The translations under genes and the position numbers were made by a program. From assembly GCA_022705945.1 (NCBI GenBank), contig JAKJDL010000001.1, forward strand, positions 53,047-117,046: a stretch of 64,000 nucleotides of DNA, written 5' to 3'. This document shows, piece by piece, positions 47,403 to 57,308 of this stretch (positions within the stretch are counted from its first letter, which is position 1; every line of letters begins with the position of its first letter). The notes beneath the pieces are model-generated. The model did no database searches. It saw only the letters and a program-made list of their open reading frames with translations, and had not been told where the DNA came from. The stretch is from Candidatus Omnitrophota bacterium. Lineage in GTDB: Bacteria; Omnitrophota; Omnitrophia; Omnitrophales; Aquincolibacteriaceae.

Positions 47403-48466
47403 TATTTTCCCGAGAGTATCTCTTTTATCTTTTTGAGAGAAAAACTGAAAGGCGGTTTCAAAACACCCGCCTCGGTGATGATGCCCGAAATATACCGGTG
47501 CGGCGTCACATCAAAGGAAGGATTGAACACTTTCATTCCTTTGGGCGCAAGCTGCTTGCCGTGGATCTCACGGACCTCGGCGTGCGGACGCTCTTCGATA
47601 GGGATATCTTTTCCCGTCTTCGCCTTCAGGTCAAAGGTTGTGCTCGGTGCGGCGATATAAAAAGGGATCTTGTGAACTTTTGCAAGCACAGCCACACCGT
47701 AAGTCCCGATCTTGTTCGCGGTATCCCCATTCATCGCAATCCGGTCGGCGCCGACCACCACCCCTTGAATTTTGCCGTCCCGCATGAGGCTCGCCGCCAT
47801 ATTATCGCAGATGAGCGTGGCCGGGATCCCGCTCTTGGTAAGCTCCCAGGCCGTGAGGCGCGCGCCTTGAAGCAGGGGGCGGGTTTCATCGACAAAAACC
47901 GAGAACGGAATCTTTTTTTCCTTTAGTGTGTAAAATACCGCAAGCGCCGTCCCGTATCCCGAAGTCGCGAGACCGCCGGCATTACAGTGCGTAAGGATCG
48001 TGTCCCCTTTCCCGAAAAGGGCAGATCCGTATTCCCCGATCTTCCGGCACAAAACAATATCATCAGTGTGGATTTTTTTAGCCTCTTCCAAAACCTCATT
48101 TTTGAGTTTCTTTATGTCCCGCTCCCCGCTTCCGGAAACCCTGTTCAAAATCCGTTCCAACGCGTAGGCCAGATTCCGGGCCGTGGGCCGGGCCGAATCC
48201 AGATACCGGCTCTGCTTATCAAGGGCTTTCATGAAAGCACGATAACCCCCGTTAAAATCCTTAACCCCAAGATAGAACCCGTAACCGGCGGCGATGCCGA
48301 TCGCAGGAGCCCCGCGAACCGCCATATGACGGATGGCCTTCCAGACAGAAAGAGATGTGCGGCACGCAAGCCATAGCTCCCGGCTCGGAAGCTTCCTTTG
48401 ATCCAACAGAAAAAGGGTCCCGTCAGAAAATCGGATCGGAGAAAAAGGCACTTTGGGAATTTTCAT
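47402..48466 (-). CDS. mtnA: Methylthioribose-1-phosphate isomerase / eIF-2B alpha-beta-delta family protein
   Basis: It has the family fold with VRGAPAIGIAAGYG and CNAGGLAT motifs. Salvage-pathway versus ribose-bisphosphate isomerase function cannot be decided from sequence alone. Confidence 0.75.
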   Translation of the reverse strand: MKIPKVPFSPIRFSDGTLFLLDQRKLPSRELWLACRTSLSVWKAIRHMAVRGAPAIGIAAGYGFYLGVKDFNGGYRAFMKALDKQSRYLDSARPTARNLAYALERILNRVSGSGERDIKKLKNEVLEEAKKIHTDDIVLCRKIGEYGSALFGKGDTILTHCNAGGLATSGYGTALAVFYTLKEKKIPFSVFVDETRPLLQGARLTAWELTKSGIPATLICDNMAASLMRDGKIQGVVVGADRIAMNGDTANKIGTYGVAVLAKVHKIPFYIAAPSTTFDLKAKTGKDIPIEERPHAEVREIHGKQLAPKGMKVFNPSFDVTPHRYISGIITEAGVLKPPFSFSLKKIKEILSGK

Positions 48467-48489
48467 GGGATTATTTTACCTCATTTACA

Positions 48490-49581
48490 TTACGCGTTCG
48501 AACCTATGATCTGTTTAAGTAAGAAGAAATAACCGATAAAAAGGGAATTGTGGACGATATGTAACGTGATCGGAGCCACAAGAGAGCGGCGCGATTCATA
48601 AAGAAGCGCCAAAGCGACACCCAGCACAAAGATCGGCCAAAACACAAACCCCGTGTGATGAATCGACGCAAAGAACGCCGAGCTCAGCACTACCGCCCAA
48701 AACTTCCCGACCTTTCCCCTCAGGATGGGGTAACAAAACCCGCGAAAAAAAATCTCCTCAAAAATCGGTCCTATCACGGCTCCGAGCAGCACCGAGAATA
48801 CCACGAGGAAAGGGAACCTCCTTTCCTCTTCGATAAAAACATTGACGAGCGGATGCGGAGGCGGTTCATAGTGAAACAGGTTCGCAGCAAAAAGCAAGGT
48901 CACGAGTACCAACACAAAAACCGGCAGCACCCCGAAATACCCCGTCACACCGATCATCACTTCCCGGAGCTTTTTCCCGCCGGGAACATTGAAACCGAGT
49001 TCGCGCCATGAACTACCCTGCTGTTTCACAAATCTCACCATGAACAACACACAAAGGATATCTAAAAGAAATGTGTGAAAAACCATATACAGATTTGCCA
49101 GACCCGGTGCAGGGAAAATCGCCTCGACTATTCCCATAACAAAACTAAGCGCAATACCCCAGGCCACAAAAAGGATGATCGTTTTAAAGAGGATTGAAAA
49201 AGGCCAGCCCCGGGACGCCGGAGGCTCCGTCCCGCCTAAAAACCTTTTTCTAAACCCGGGGCGAACCCAGATAAGGATATCGATCACGATACCGGCAACG
49301 ATCGCCAGGATGAAGAAAATCGAGAAAAGCTCGAAAAGAAGCGCGAGCCGGGGCTCTTTTTTCGCGAAAACGTCGAACGCATCGGCTCTAACGGAAGTAT
49401 TATCCGTGAACTGCCTTTCCGCTTCTTTAAACCGCTGAACCGCCTGAGAGGGTTCGATTGCAGGATTTTGAACACCTGAGCCCGAGCCGAGAGCGGCAAA
49501 AGCGTAAAATGCTCCTATCAAAAAGAGCAGCCACAGATAAAGGCGATTTTTCTTAAAAAAAAAGAAAATTTCCTTCAGCAT
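48490..49581 (-). CDS. CPBP-family intramembrane glutamic endopeptidase (CAAX protease / Abi domain)
   Basis: It is multi-TM with CPBP motifs IGPIFEEIFFRGF and FFASIHH. Confidence 0.75.
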   Translation of the reverse strand: MLKEIFFFFKKNRLYLWLLFLIGAFYAFAALGSGSGVQNPAIEPSQAVQRFKEAERQFTDNTSVRADAFDVFAKKEPRLALLFELFSIFFILAIVAGIVIDILIWVRPGFRKRFLGGTEPPASRGWPFSILFKTIILFVAWGIALSFVMGIVEAIFPAPGLANLYMVFHTFLLDILCVLFMVRFVKQQGSSWRELGFNVPGGKKLREVMIGVTGYFGVLPVFVLVLVTLLFAANLFHYEPPPHPLVNVFIEEERRFPFLVVFSVLLGAVIGPIFEEIFFRGFCYPILRGKVGKFWAVVLSSAFFASIHHTGFVFWPIFVLGVALALLYESRRSLVAPITLHIVHNSLFIGYFFLLKQIIGSNA

Positions 49582-50345
49582 AACCCGAAAAATTCTTTGG
49601 CGTTCTTCGTGGTTGAAACTGCAAGCGACTCAAGCGTGACGCCGCGGAGCCTTGAAATAAACTCCGCCGTCTCAATCATATAGGCCGGCTCATTCCGCTG
49701 CCCCCTTTTCGATTGCGGCGCGAGATAGGGCCCATCCGTTTCAATAACAAGGCGGTCCGCGGGACACCGGCGGCATGCCTCGCGCAATGCGTCATTCTTC
49801 CTGTAAGTAACCGCTCCCCCAAAAGCCACATAAAAACCAAGCTCCAGGAATTTTTCCATCGTAGCGACATCCGATGAAAAGCAATGGAGCAATCCACGGC
49901 AAGGAATCGGGACGGTCCCGTTCAATATCTTCAGAAGATCGTCATACGCGTCGCGGCAATGAAAGATAACGGCCTTCCCGTATTTTTTTTGCCATTGCAG
50001 AAAAGTGTATAAGAGCTCCCTCTGCACCTCACGGGGGGAATGATCATGGAAATAATCAAGCCCGACCTCCCCCACCGCAACGACCTTGGGATGCGCCAGA
50101 AGTTTTTCAAGTTCGGTCAGATCGGGCGCGGAGGCATGCTTGCTTTCATGGGGATGATAGCCTATCGCCGCGTATACCCCCGGATAGGCCTCGGCAACAG
50201 CGACCGCTTTCCTGGAATCCGCAAGATCGGTCCCTATATTGACGAAGAGTCCGACGCCGGCTTCGAGCGCTCGCCGGATCACCTCGCCGCGGTCTGCGTC
50301 ATATTGGGGGAAGTGGAGATGGATGTGGGTATCGGTCAGAATCAT
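49575..50345 (-). CDS. tatD: TatD-family metal-dependent hydrolase/DNase
   Basis: MILTDTHIHLHF and AVGEVGLDY are TatD motifs. It is positioned after metG as in many bacteria. Confidence 0.9.
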   Translation of the reverse strand: MILTDTHIHLHFPQYDADRGEVIRRALEAGVGLFVNIGTDLADSRKAVAVAEAYPGVYAAIGYHPHESKHASAPDLTELEKLLAHPKVVAVGEVGLDYFHDHSPREVQRELLYTFLQWQKKYGKAVIFHCRDAYDDLLKILNGTVPIPCRGLLHCFSSDVATMEKFLELGFYVAFGGAVTYRKNDALREACRRCPADRLVIETDGPYLAPQSKRGQRNEPAYMIETAEFISRLRGVTLESLAVSTTKNAKEFFGLC

Positions 50346-51883
50346 GCCGGTTTTTCATCAAGACGCGGAAACAGCGGGTCGCCTTTGTGAATGCCGGTTC
50401 CGGGAACAGTCAAAGGCTTCCTGAAACCTGCGGCGTCCCGGATCGATCCGGTCGACGCGATTCTAAGACGGTCAATGACCTTCGCCGCCGTCAGGGGCAT
50501 AAATGCCTGGAGCAGGATGGCAATATGTGCGACACATTCTGCCAGGGCATAGAGAGAGTCCGCGAGTTCCCCCTGTTTCGCGGAATCCTTCGCAAGCGCC
50601 CAGGGTTTCTTTTCCTCCACGAATTGGTTGGCCGCCGTGATGACCGCCCAGATCCCGGCCAGGGATTCGCGGAGATCGTAATTAAGGATATGATCCCGCA
50701 CGCCCTCCCATAATCCGAGCGTATCCTTCAAAAGCCTTGTTTCCCAGACATCCCCGCCCGGCTGAGGGATTTTCCCCTCAAAATACTTTTCGATCATAGA
50801 CGCTGTCCGGTGCCAAAGGTTCCCGAGATCATTCGCGAGATCACTCGTATACCGTTCGTTCAAAAGATCCTCGGAATACGTTCCGTCCAGGCCCAGAGTC
50901 ACTTCGCGCATCAGAAAATAGCGGAAGGCGTCCGTCCCGTATCTCGCAACGATCTCGACGGGATCCACGATATTTCCGAGGGACTTCGACATTTTTGACC
51001 CGCCAATCTTCCACCATCCGTGGGCAAACACCATCTTCGGCATCTCGACACCCATGGCTTTGAGCATGATCGGCCAGTAAACCGCATGCTGGCGGAGAAT
51101 ATCCTTCCCGACCATATGGCAATCCGCCGGCCAGAACTTCCGATATTTTTCATTGTCTTCCGGATATCCGATCCCGGTCAAATAATTGAGGAGCGCATCG
51201 AACCAGACATAAACCACGTGATCTCCCGAGCCGGGATATTCAATCCCCCAGGTCAGCCGAGCCTTCGGCCGCGTAATGCAGAGATCTTCCAGCGGCTCAC
51301 GGAGAAACCCAAGAATCTCGTTTTTTCTGTAATCAGGCCGGATAAAATCCGGATTGGCCTGGATATAATCAATCAGCCATTGTTGATAACCGGAAAGCCT
51401 GAAAAAGTAGTTTTCTTCTTCCAGCCGGTCAACGGCCCGTCCGCAGTCGGGGCATTTTCCTTCCTTGAGCTGAAGCTCTGTCCAGAAAGACTCGCAGGGT
51501 GTGCAATACCAGCCGTGATATGCCGCTTTGTAAATATCCCCTTTCTTTTCAAGCTCGCTCAGGACCTTTTGGACACCCGCTTTGTGGTGGTCATCCGTCG
51601 TTCGGATAAAATGATCATACTGGATTCCGAGAAGCGACCAAAGCTCTTTAAATTTGGGAACGATCCCGTCCACGAACGTCTTGGGATCCATCCCTTCGGC
51701 AAGCGCCGCTTTCTGGACCTTGATTCCGTGTTCATCGGTTCCGGTGAGGTAAAAGACTTCACGCCCCAGCATTCGGTAATAACGCGCAAGCGTGTCGCAA
51801 AGGATACTCGTATAAGCATGTCCGATATGGGGTTTACCGTTCACATAATAGATCGGCGTTGTCAGATAATAACGGTTCGTCAT
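50342..51883 (-). CDS. metG: Methionine--tRNA ligase
   Basis: PIYYVNGKPHIGHAYTS is the HIGH motif, KMSKSLGN is KMSKS, and a zinc-knuckle region (CPDCG) is present. Confidence 0.9.
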   Translation of the reverse strand: MTNRYYLTTPIYYVNGKPHIGHAYTSILCDTLARYYRMLGREVFYLTGTDEHGIKVQKAALAEGMDPKTFVDGIVPKFKELWSLLGIQYDHFIRTTDDHHKAGVQKVLSELEKKGDIYKAAYHGWYCTPCESFWTELQLKEGKCPDCGRAVDRLEEENYFFRLSGYQQWLIDYIQANPDFIRPDYRKNEILGFLREPLEDLCITRPKARLTWGIEYPGSGDHVVYVWFDALLNYLTGIGYPEDNEKYRKFWPADCHMVGKDILRQHAVYWPIMLKAMGVEMPKMVFAHGWWKIGGSKMSKSLGNIVDPVEIVARYGTDAFRYFLMREVTLGLDGTYSEDLLNERYTSDLANDLGNLWHRTASMIEKYFEGKIPQPGGDVWETRLLKDTLGLWEGVRDHILNYDLRESLAGIWAVITAANQFVEEKKPWALAKDSAKQGELADSLYALAECVAHIAILLQAFMPLTAAKVIDRLRIASTGSIRDAAGFRKPLTVPGTGIHKGDPLFPRLDEKPA

Positions 51884-52767
51884 CAGATTGCCGCCTTTGT
51901 TAAAGGGAATAATTTTGAGAGCCGCATCGCGAGGCGGGTGACCATAAGCTTCTGATTCGAGTTGGCCTCCAGGGCCATCTTGGAATCGTAGACAAGATCC
52001 AAAGCCTCCAGCCAGATCCTTGCTTTCGAGTCATCCGGAGTTTCCGATGAAATGATCTGTTCGATCTTCTCGCGGGCAAGGAGCATAAGATTTTCCAGTT
52101 TGCGCTTCAACTGCTCCTTTTGCATTGCCGGATAAGAATCAAATATTTCTTTAACCGGCATCGCATCAATTGAGGCAACGCCTCGATGAGCGGGCAAAAC
52201 CGCCGCCCCCCCGATCCGGACTTCAAAACACCGCGACTGGATCGTCTCAAGAAGGTGTGTCCTGTTTTCAACCAGCAGAAGAAAAACGGTATGCTGCGGC
52301 GGTTCTTCAAGCGTCTTGAGAAAAGCATTTGCCGCCTCTTCGGTCAGCCGCTCGGCATCCAGGACAATACATACTTTCCGGGAACTCTCATAAGGTTTAA
52401 GACCTGCCCAATGAATGATCTCGCGGATCGTGCCCGGATCATTACTGTCCTTGCCGATCTTGATCGACTGTTCCTCCCTGTCTTCTCCAATCCACCGCAC
52501 ATCCGGGTGATTGCGCCTGCGGATCCGCTCCGGGATGGATGTGTTTTCCGATCCGAAGACCTTTTTTCCTCCCCCCAAAAGAGCCGCGGTAAAAACCATC
52601 GCGAATTCTTCCTTGATATCCGAGCTGACTCTCTCCGACGCGAGCTCCGCCAGGTCGGGGGAATCGCCGGAACCGCTTAAAATATAGGCGTGGGAAACAC
52701 GTCCGTGGACGATATGGGACTCCAGGATCCGGGCGGCCAGTTTTTGGGTTTTATTAGCCAAATACAC
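51883..52767 (-). CDS. holB: DNA polymerase III subunit delta' (clamp-loader AAA+ like)
   Basis: N-terminal HAYILSGSG is the delta-prime-type degenerate P-loop. Its position between tmk and metG matches conserved Gram-positive-type synteny. Sequence similarity is modest. Confidence 0.6.
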   Translation of the reverse strand: MYLANKTQKLAARILESHIVHGRVSHAYILSGSGDSPDLAELASERVSSDIKEEFAMVFTAALLGGGKKVFGSENTSIPERIRRRNHPDVRWIGEDREEQSIKIGKDSNDPGTIREIIHWAGLKPYESSRKVCIVLDAERLTEEAANAFLKTLEEPPQHTVFLLLVENRTHLLETIQSRCFEVRIGGAAVLPAHRGVASIDAMPVKEIFDSYPAMQKEQLKRKLENLMLLAREKIEQIISSETPDDSKARIWLEALDLVYDSKMALEANSNQKLMVTRLAMRLSKLFPLTKAAI

Positions 52768-53368
52768 TTTTTAACTTCTCCAGGACGAGTCGGCTGACCT
52801 CGGGAAGCGGTCGACTGCCGTCAATCACCGTCATTCGCTCCGGCTCCTGCTCCGCCAGCTTTAAAAATCCGCTGCGAACCCTTTGATGGAAACTGAACGA
52901 TTCACGCTCAATGCGGTCATAACGTCCGCCGCGCTGAAGCCCCCTCCTGATATCGACGTCCAAAACAAACGTCAGCATCGGCTTGAGGGTTCCCCGAACC
53001 ACCCGGTTCATGTCGCGGATCAATGCGAAGGGAAGTTTTCTGCCATATCCCTGATAAGCCAGAGTCGAATCTTCAAACCTGTCGCAAATAACGACCTTTC
53101 CCTTTTTTAGGGCCGGAAGGATTTTCTCCCGAACAATCTGGGAACGGGCCGCGAGATAAAGAAAAAGTTCCGTCGCGTCGCTCAGCTTTTTGTTCCTTTT
53201 ATCGAGAAGTATCGCGCGGATCGCCTCGCTCACTTTCGTCCCGCCGGGCTCACGGAGCAGAACCACGGAGCGGTCTTTGCGCCTAAAAAAACGCGCCGCA
53301 TTTTTTATCTGGGTACTCTTTCCGCTTCCTTCCGCCCCTTCAAATGTGATAAATATTCCCTTTTTCAT
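52754..53368 (-). CDS. tmk: Thymidylate kinase
   Basis: KGIFITFEGAEGSGKST is the P-loop, and the LID region is present. The start is taken at MKKGIF. Confidence 0.85.
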   Translation of the reverse strand: MKKGIFITFEGAEGSGKSTQIKNAARFFRRKDRSVVLLREPGGTKVSEAIRAILLDKRNKKLSDATELFLYLAARSQIVREKILPALKKGKVVICDRFEDSTLAYQGYGRKLPFALIRDMNRVVRGTLKPMLTFVLDVDIRRGLQRGGRYDRIERESFSFHQRVRSGFLKLAEQEPERMTVIDGSRPLPEVSRLVLEKLKSVFG

Positions 53369-54780
53369 TTTTTGATATCCCACGCACGCCGCATCTTTTT
53401 GACGGTCGAAGGCTCACCGGGACGGCCGTCCTTGACAAACCATTTTTTTTCGCCGATCTCTTTTCGAAGAGCGTCGGACTTTGAAAAATCCCTGATCTTT
53501 CTCGCTTCCGCGTATTCCGCAAGAACCCCCAACACATCCGGGGGAATCTCCTTGACGGAAGCCACGTCCAAACCAAAAATCCTGTCCATGTGTTCAAAAA
53601 ACCCGATACATTCCCGAAGAGATGCCGACGAAAGCTGCGCAAGATGCGCGTTAATTTCCGTTACGATTTTCTGCAGAATCGCCAATGCGGACGCAATATT
53701 GAGGTCTTCACTCAAAGACTCTCCTATGTCCCTGACCGCCTGCCGGAGTTGCAGCTGCCCATCCGTCCCCCGGCAGCCAATCTGGAGGCGGCTGAGACAT
53801 TGAAAATAACAATTATCCAGTTTCTCGATAACCTCCCGAGCCTCTTTCAAACTTTCAAAGGTAAAATTGAGTTGCTGACGATAATGAACCGACATAAGAG
53901 CATACCGGATCACCATCGCGTCATAGCCTTTTTCGAAAAGGTCGCGAAGCGTAAAGAAGTTGCCTTTGGACTTCGACATTTTTTCGCCGTTCACCAGAAG
54001 ATGTTTCGCATGCAGCCAATAGCGGGCAAAGGGCTTCCCCGTCACCGCCTCCGACTGGGCGATCTCATTTTCATGATGAGGAAAAACAAGGTCCTCGCCT
54101 CCGGCATGGATGTCCACGGTTTCGCCCAGATGCCTCATGCACATGGCCGAGCATTCAATATGCCATCCGGGACGCCCTCTCCCCCAGGGCGAATCCCAGG
54201 AAGGCTCTCCTTCCTTCGCGGCCTTCCAGAGGACAAAATCAGCGCCCTCTTCCTTTTCATATTCATCGTTGTCGACGCGCGCACCCGCAATATTTCCGTC
54301 CAGTTTCTTTTTGGAAAGCTTCCCGTATTCTTCGAATTTCGAGACCCGGTAATAAACAGAACCATCCTCTGCCCGGTAAGCAATGCCTTTTGCGGCAAGA
54401 TCCTCGATCAACCTGATCATCGCCGGGATCTCATTCGTCGCGTGCGGTTGAAGCACGGGAGGAAGAATGTTCAGTGCCCTCATATCATCCAAGAAAGCTT
54501 GTGTGTAGAAAGAGGTATATTCCCGGAGTGTTTTTTGTTCGCGTCGGGCGCCGGCAATGGTCTTGTCGTCCACGTCCGTGATATTCATCACATGCTTCAC
54601 CTTCAATCCGCACGACTCAAGAAACCGCCGCAAAAGATCCTCAAAAACGAATGTCCGGAAATTCCCGATATGGGCATAGTGATAAACCGTGGGACCGCAA
54701 GTATAAAGAGAGACCTCCCCCGCTTTGAGAGGCGTAAACGGCTCTATTTCATTCGTAAGCGTATTATGGAATTTGATCAT
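53365..54780 (-). CDS. cysS: Cysteine--tRNA ligase
   Basis: YTCGPTVYHYAHIGN is HIGH, KMSKSKGN is KMSKS, and the zinc-site Cys/His residues are present. Confidence 0.9.
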   Translation of the reverse strand: MIKFHNTLTNEIEPFTPLKAGEVSLYTCGPTVYHYAHIGNFRTFVFEDLLRRFLESCGLKVKHVMNITDVDDKTIAGARREQKTLREYTSFYTQAFLDDMRALNILPPVLQPHATNEIPAMIRLIEDLAAKGIAYRAEDGSVYYRVSKFEEYGKLSKKKLDGNIAGARVDNDEYEKEEGADFVLWKAAKEGEPSWDSPWGRGRPGWHIECSAMCMRHLGETVDIHAGGEDLVFPHHENEIAQSEAVTGKPFARYWLHAKHLLVNGEKMSKSKGNFFTLRDLFEKGYDAMVIRYALMSVHYRQQLNFTFESLKEAREVIEKLDNCYFQCLSRLQIGCRGTDGQLQLRQAVRDIGESLSEDLNIASALAILQKIVTEINAHLAQLSSASLRECIGFFEHMDRIFGLDVASVKEIPPDVLGVLAEYAEARKIRDFSKSDALRKEIGEKKWFVKDGRPGEPSTVKKMRRAWDIKK

Positions 54781-54781
54781 T

Positions 54782-55978
54782 TCAAACCTTTTTCATCGCA
54801 ACTACCACCTGACAGGTCACGGCAAGCCCCTCTCCTTCCGGTCCCAGGCCCTCCCGGGTCCTGGCTTTGATCGAAACATTCTCAATCGGAAGGTCAAGCA
54901 GTCTCGCAACTCTTGTCCGGATCTGTTTTTTATACGGACCAAGTCTCGGCGTTTGCAGAATGATATTTGAGTCCACATGGTAAGGGGTCCAACCTGTTTT
55001 TTTCGCCTCATCAAGAACGGTTTTGACGATGACGCTGCTTTTCATGTTTTCCCAGCGTCTATCCCGGTCCGAGAACCACTCTCCGATGTCGCCCTTACCA
55101 ATGACGCCGAGCATTGCGTCCGCGATTGAGTGGAGCAGCGCATCACCGTCCGAGTGCCCGAGCGAACCTTTCGATGCCGGGATCACCATTCCCCCCAGCC
55201 AAAGTTTGCGGCCGACTACGAGGCGGTGCGTGTCAAATCCTATGCCAACCCGGAAATCCGGTTCCTTGTTTTTGCCCAGCATGGCTTCAGCAAGCTCCAG
55301 GTCCTTGATGGTAGTAAGTTTGGGATTCCAGCCGTCATGAGGAACGACCCTGACCCGGGCCCCGATCACTTCGAGAAGACCGGCCTCATCGGTCGCAATC
55401 ATCGCGTCCGGATTGTTCTTGTAAGCCCTTATCAGAACGTCCCGCCGGACCATTTGAGGCGTCTCCGCTTCGTAAAGCACGCTCCGGTCCACCGTCGTTT
55501 CGATATGACCGTCCGGTTTTAAAACACGTTTGATTGTCGGGACGACCTTTCGGGCAAGAATAACACCGTCCCATCCCTTGGCCGCCCGCAAAACCTTTCG
55601 AATGTCTCTTTCCGTCACAAGCGGCCGGGCTCCGTCATGAACGAGAACCCATTCCAGGTCAGGTGAGGTTTTCCCGAGAGCATTCCACACCGATTCCGCC
55701 CGGGTCCTACCGCCTATCACCCATCTTACACACCCGTCAGCATGTCCGGAAAAAAACGACTTGACCTCGGACTTCATCTCGGGACTAATCGCAACAATAA
55801 TCTCACAAATTTCCGGCAAACCCCGGAATGCATTGATCGTCTTGAGAAGTACGGGTTCTCCGCCAAGGGTATTAAGCAGTTTGGAACTGCCAGAAATTTT
55901 TTTCCGGGAATGGGAACCCACACTTTCAAGAAACCGTGTCCCCAACCCTGCCGCCGGAACAATAAGGCTGACACGCAT
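54782..55978 (-). CDS. ispDF: Bifunctional 2-C-methyl-D-erythritol 4-phosphate cytidylyltransferase / 2-C-methyl-D-erythritol 2,4-cyclodiphosphate synthase
   Basis: The N-terminal half is IspD (VPAAGLGTRF), and the C-terminal half is IspF (RVGIGFDTHRL...GHSDGDALLHSIADAMLG). It is a single 398-aa ORF. Confidence 0.9.
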   Translation of the reverse strand: MRVSLIVPAAGLGTRFLESVGSHSRKKISGSSKLLNTLGGEPVLLKTINAFRGLPEICEIIVAISPEMKSEVKSFFSGHADGCVRWVIGGRTRAESVWNALGKTSPDLEWVLVHDGARPLVTERDIRKVLRAAKGWDGVILARKVVPTIKRVLKPDGHIETTVDRSVLYEAETPQMVRRDVLIRAYKNNPDAMIATDEAGLLEVIGARVRVVPHDGWNPKLTTIKDLELAEAMLGKNKEPDFRVGIGFDTHRLVVGRKLWLGGMVIPASKGSLGHSDGDALLHSIADAMLGVIGKGDIGEWFSDRDRRWENMKSSVIVKTVLDEAKKTGWTPYHVDSNIILQTPRLGPYKKQIRTRVARLLDLPIENVSIKARTREGLGPEGEGLAVTCQVVVAMKKV

Positions 55979-56085
55979 TATCTATCCTGTCAGAAACTCG
56001 TCATGGCCGACAAAAAAGCTGGATTCATGAACAAAGTCTCTCCGGGGACCAAACTGCTTCCCCGAAAAACTTTCCTCCCTCATCG

Positions 56086-57243
56086 TCAGGCGTTCTGTCC
56101 TTGATTGGGCGCCGGGGAATTTTGCGGATGGGGTCCCGAATGCGGCTGCCCGTGACCATTTCGTCCGCGATCATGACGGTCCCGGCCCCGATCATGCCAA
56201 CGGTCTCCGCGTCCGCGTTCATGCCGATCCCGGCGGCCTTCATCTTCATCTGATAATTTCGCGAAAATCATCCGGCCGGCCTGCGTTTGAAGAACGCTTG
56301 TGATGGTTACCCGCACGGTTTGTCCGATCCGGCGCCGGGCGCTGTCAACCACAACCATCGTGCCGTCATCAAGATAGGCGATCCCCTGTTCGTGCTCCTT
56401 ACCCTCCTTGAGAATCTTAATCTCCATCTCCTCACCGGGCATCACAACGGGCTTGAGCGCGTTGGCAAGATCATTGATATTGAGGACCTTCACCCCCTGC
56501 AACTCGGCGACTTTGTTCAAATTGTAATCGTTTGTGAAAACCTTGGCCTCGATCACCTGGGCCATTTTCACGAGCTTCGCGTCCACGGTGTTAAACTCGG
56601 GGAAATCCATTTCATGGATCTTCACGGTTACATTCGGATTTTCACGGATGGCATTAAGAACGTCGAGACCCCGGCGTCCGCGGTTCCTCTTCAAAGGGTC
56701 CGAGGAATCGGAAATAAGCTGGAGCTCTTTGAGAACAAACCGGGGCAGAATCAGCTTCCCTCCCATAAAATGAGTGTTCGCAATATCGGCAATACGTCCG
56801 TCAATAATCACCGACGTGTCGAGCAGCACCAGGTCCTCCTTTGCCCCTTTGGTATCCAGGTGAACAAACGGTATCATCAGGCTAAACTCATCCTGCCCGC
56901 GGAGGATGGTAATAATGCCGAGATAGGAAAAGATAATCGCACTTGCAATTCCGAAATTACGCGTCATCTCGGGTGTCAAGTCCGCGTAGGCGACCACCAT
57001 CATGAAAAGCTTGTGAGTGATCAAACCGAGAGCGAGACCGAGAATAACCGAAAGAATATTTCTAACCGTATATTGCTTGAAGAAAACATCGATCATCACG
57101 ATGATGAAACCGATCAGCGCGCCTATCAAAGCCGAAACCCAGGTCGAATGCAGAAACTGGACGTTCAAGAACGAGAGGATCTCCGAGTAATAACCAAAAG
57201 CCGCGCATCCCGCGATAAAAAGAAACCTGATAAAAAGAATCAT
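56086..57243 (-). CDS. PIN/TRAM-domain membrane protein (YacL-like) with an Arg/Asp/His-rich disordered C-terminal tail
   Basis: It has four N-terminal TM helices, a PIN-like domain and a TRAM-like domain (RIGQTVRVTITSV). The gene sits immediately upstream of ispDF, as yacL does in Bacillus-type synteny. The tail reads RRDRHERGRGDRWHDRGRDRHDRGRNGHG. Confidence 0.7.
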   Translation of the reverse strand: MILFIRFLFIAGCAAFGYYSEILSFLNVQFLHSTWVSALIGALIGFIIVMIDVFFKQYTVRNILSVILGLALGLITHKLFMMVVAYADLTPEMTRNFGIASAIIFSYLGIITILRGQDEFSLMIPFVHLDTKGAKEDLVLLDTSVIIDGRIADIANTHFMGGKLILPRFVLKELQLISDSSDPLKRNRGRRGLDVLNAIRENPNVTVKIHEMDFPEFNTVDAKLVKMAQVIEAKVFTNDYNLNKVAELQGVKVLNINDLANALKPVVMPGEEMEIKILKEGKEHEQGIAYLDDGTMVVVDSARRRIGQTVRVTITSVLQTQAGRMIFAKLSDEDEGRRDRHERGRGDRWHDRGRDRHDRGRNGHGQPHSGPHPQNSPAPNQGQNA

Positions 57244-57308
57244 ACTCCCAAACTCCTTTCACATCGCAAAAGACGATGTTTTATATGAACTTGCCTGCTT
57301 AATGACCA

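Noticed and set aside
56025-56249. 74-aa ORF overlapping the 3' end of the YacL-like gene
   Set aside because: It lies in a different frame across the low-complexity tail region and has no RBS. It is more likely an artefact of the repetitive GC-rich codons than a gene. A frameshift cannot be fully excluded.
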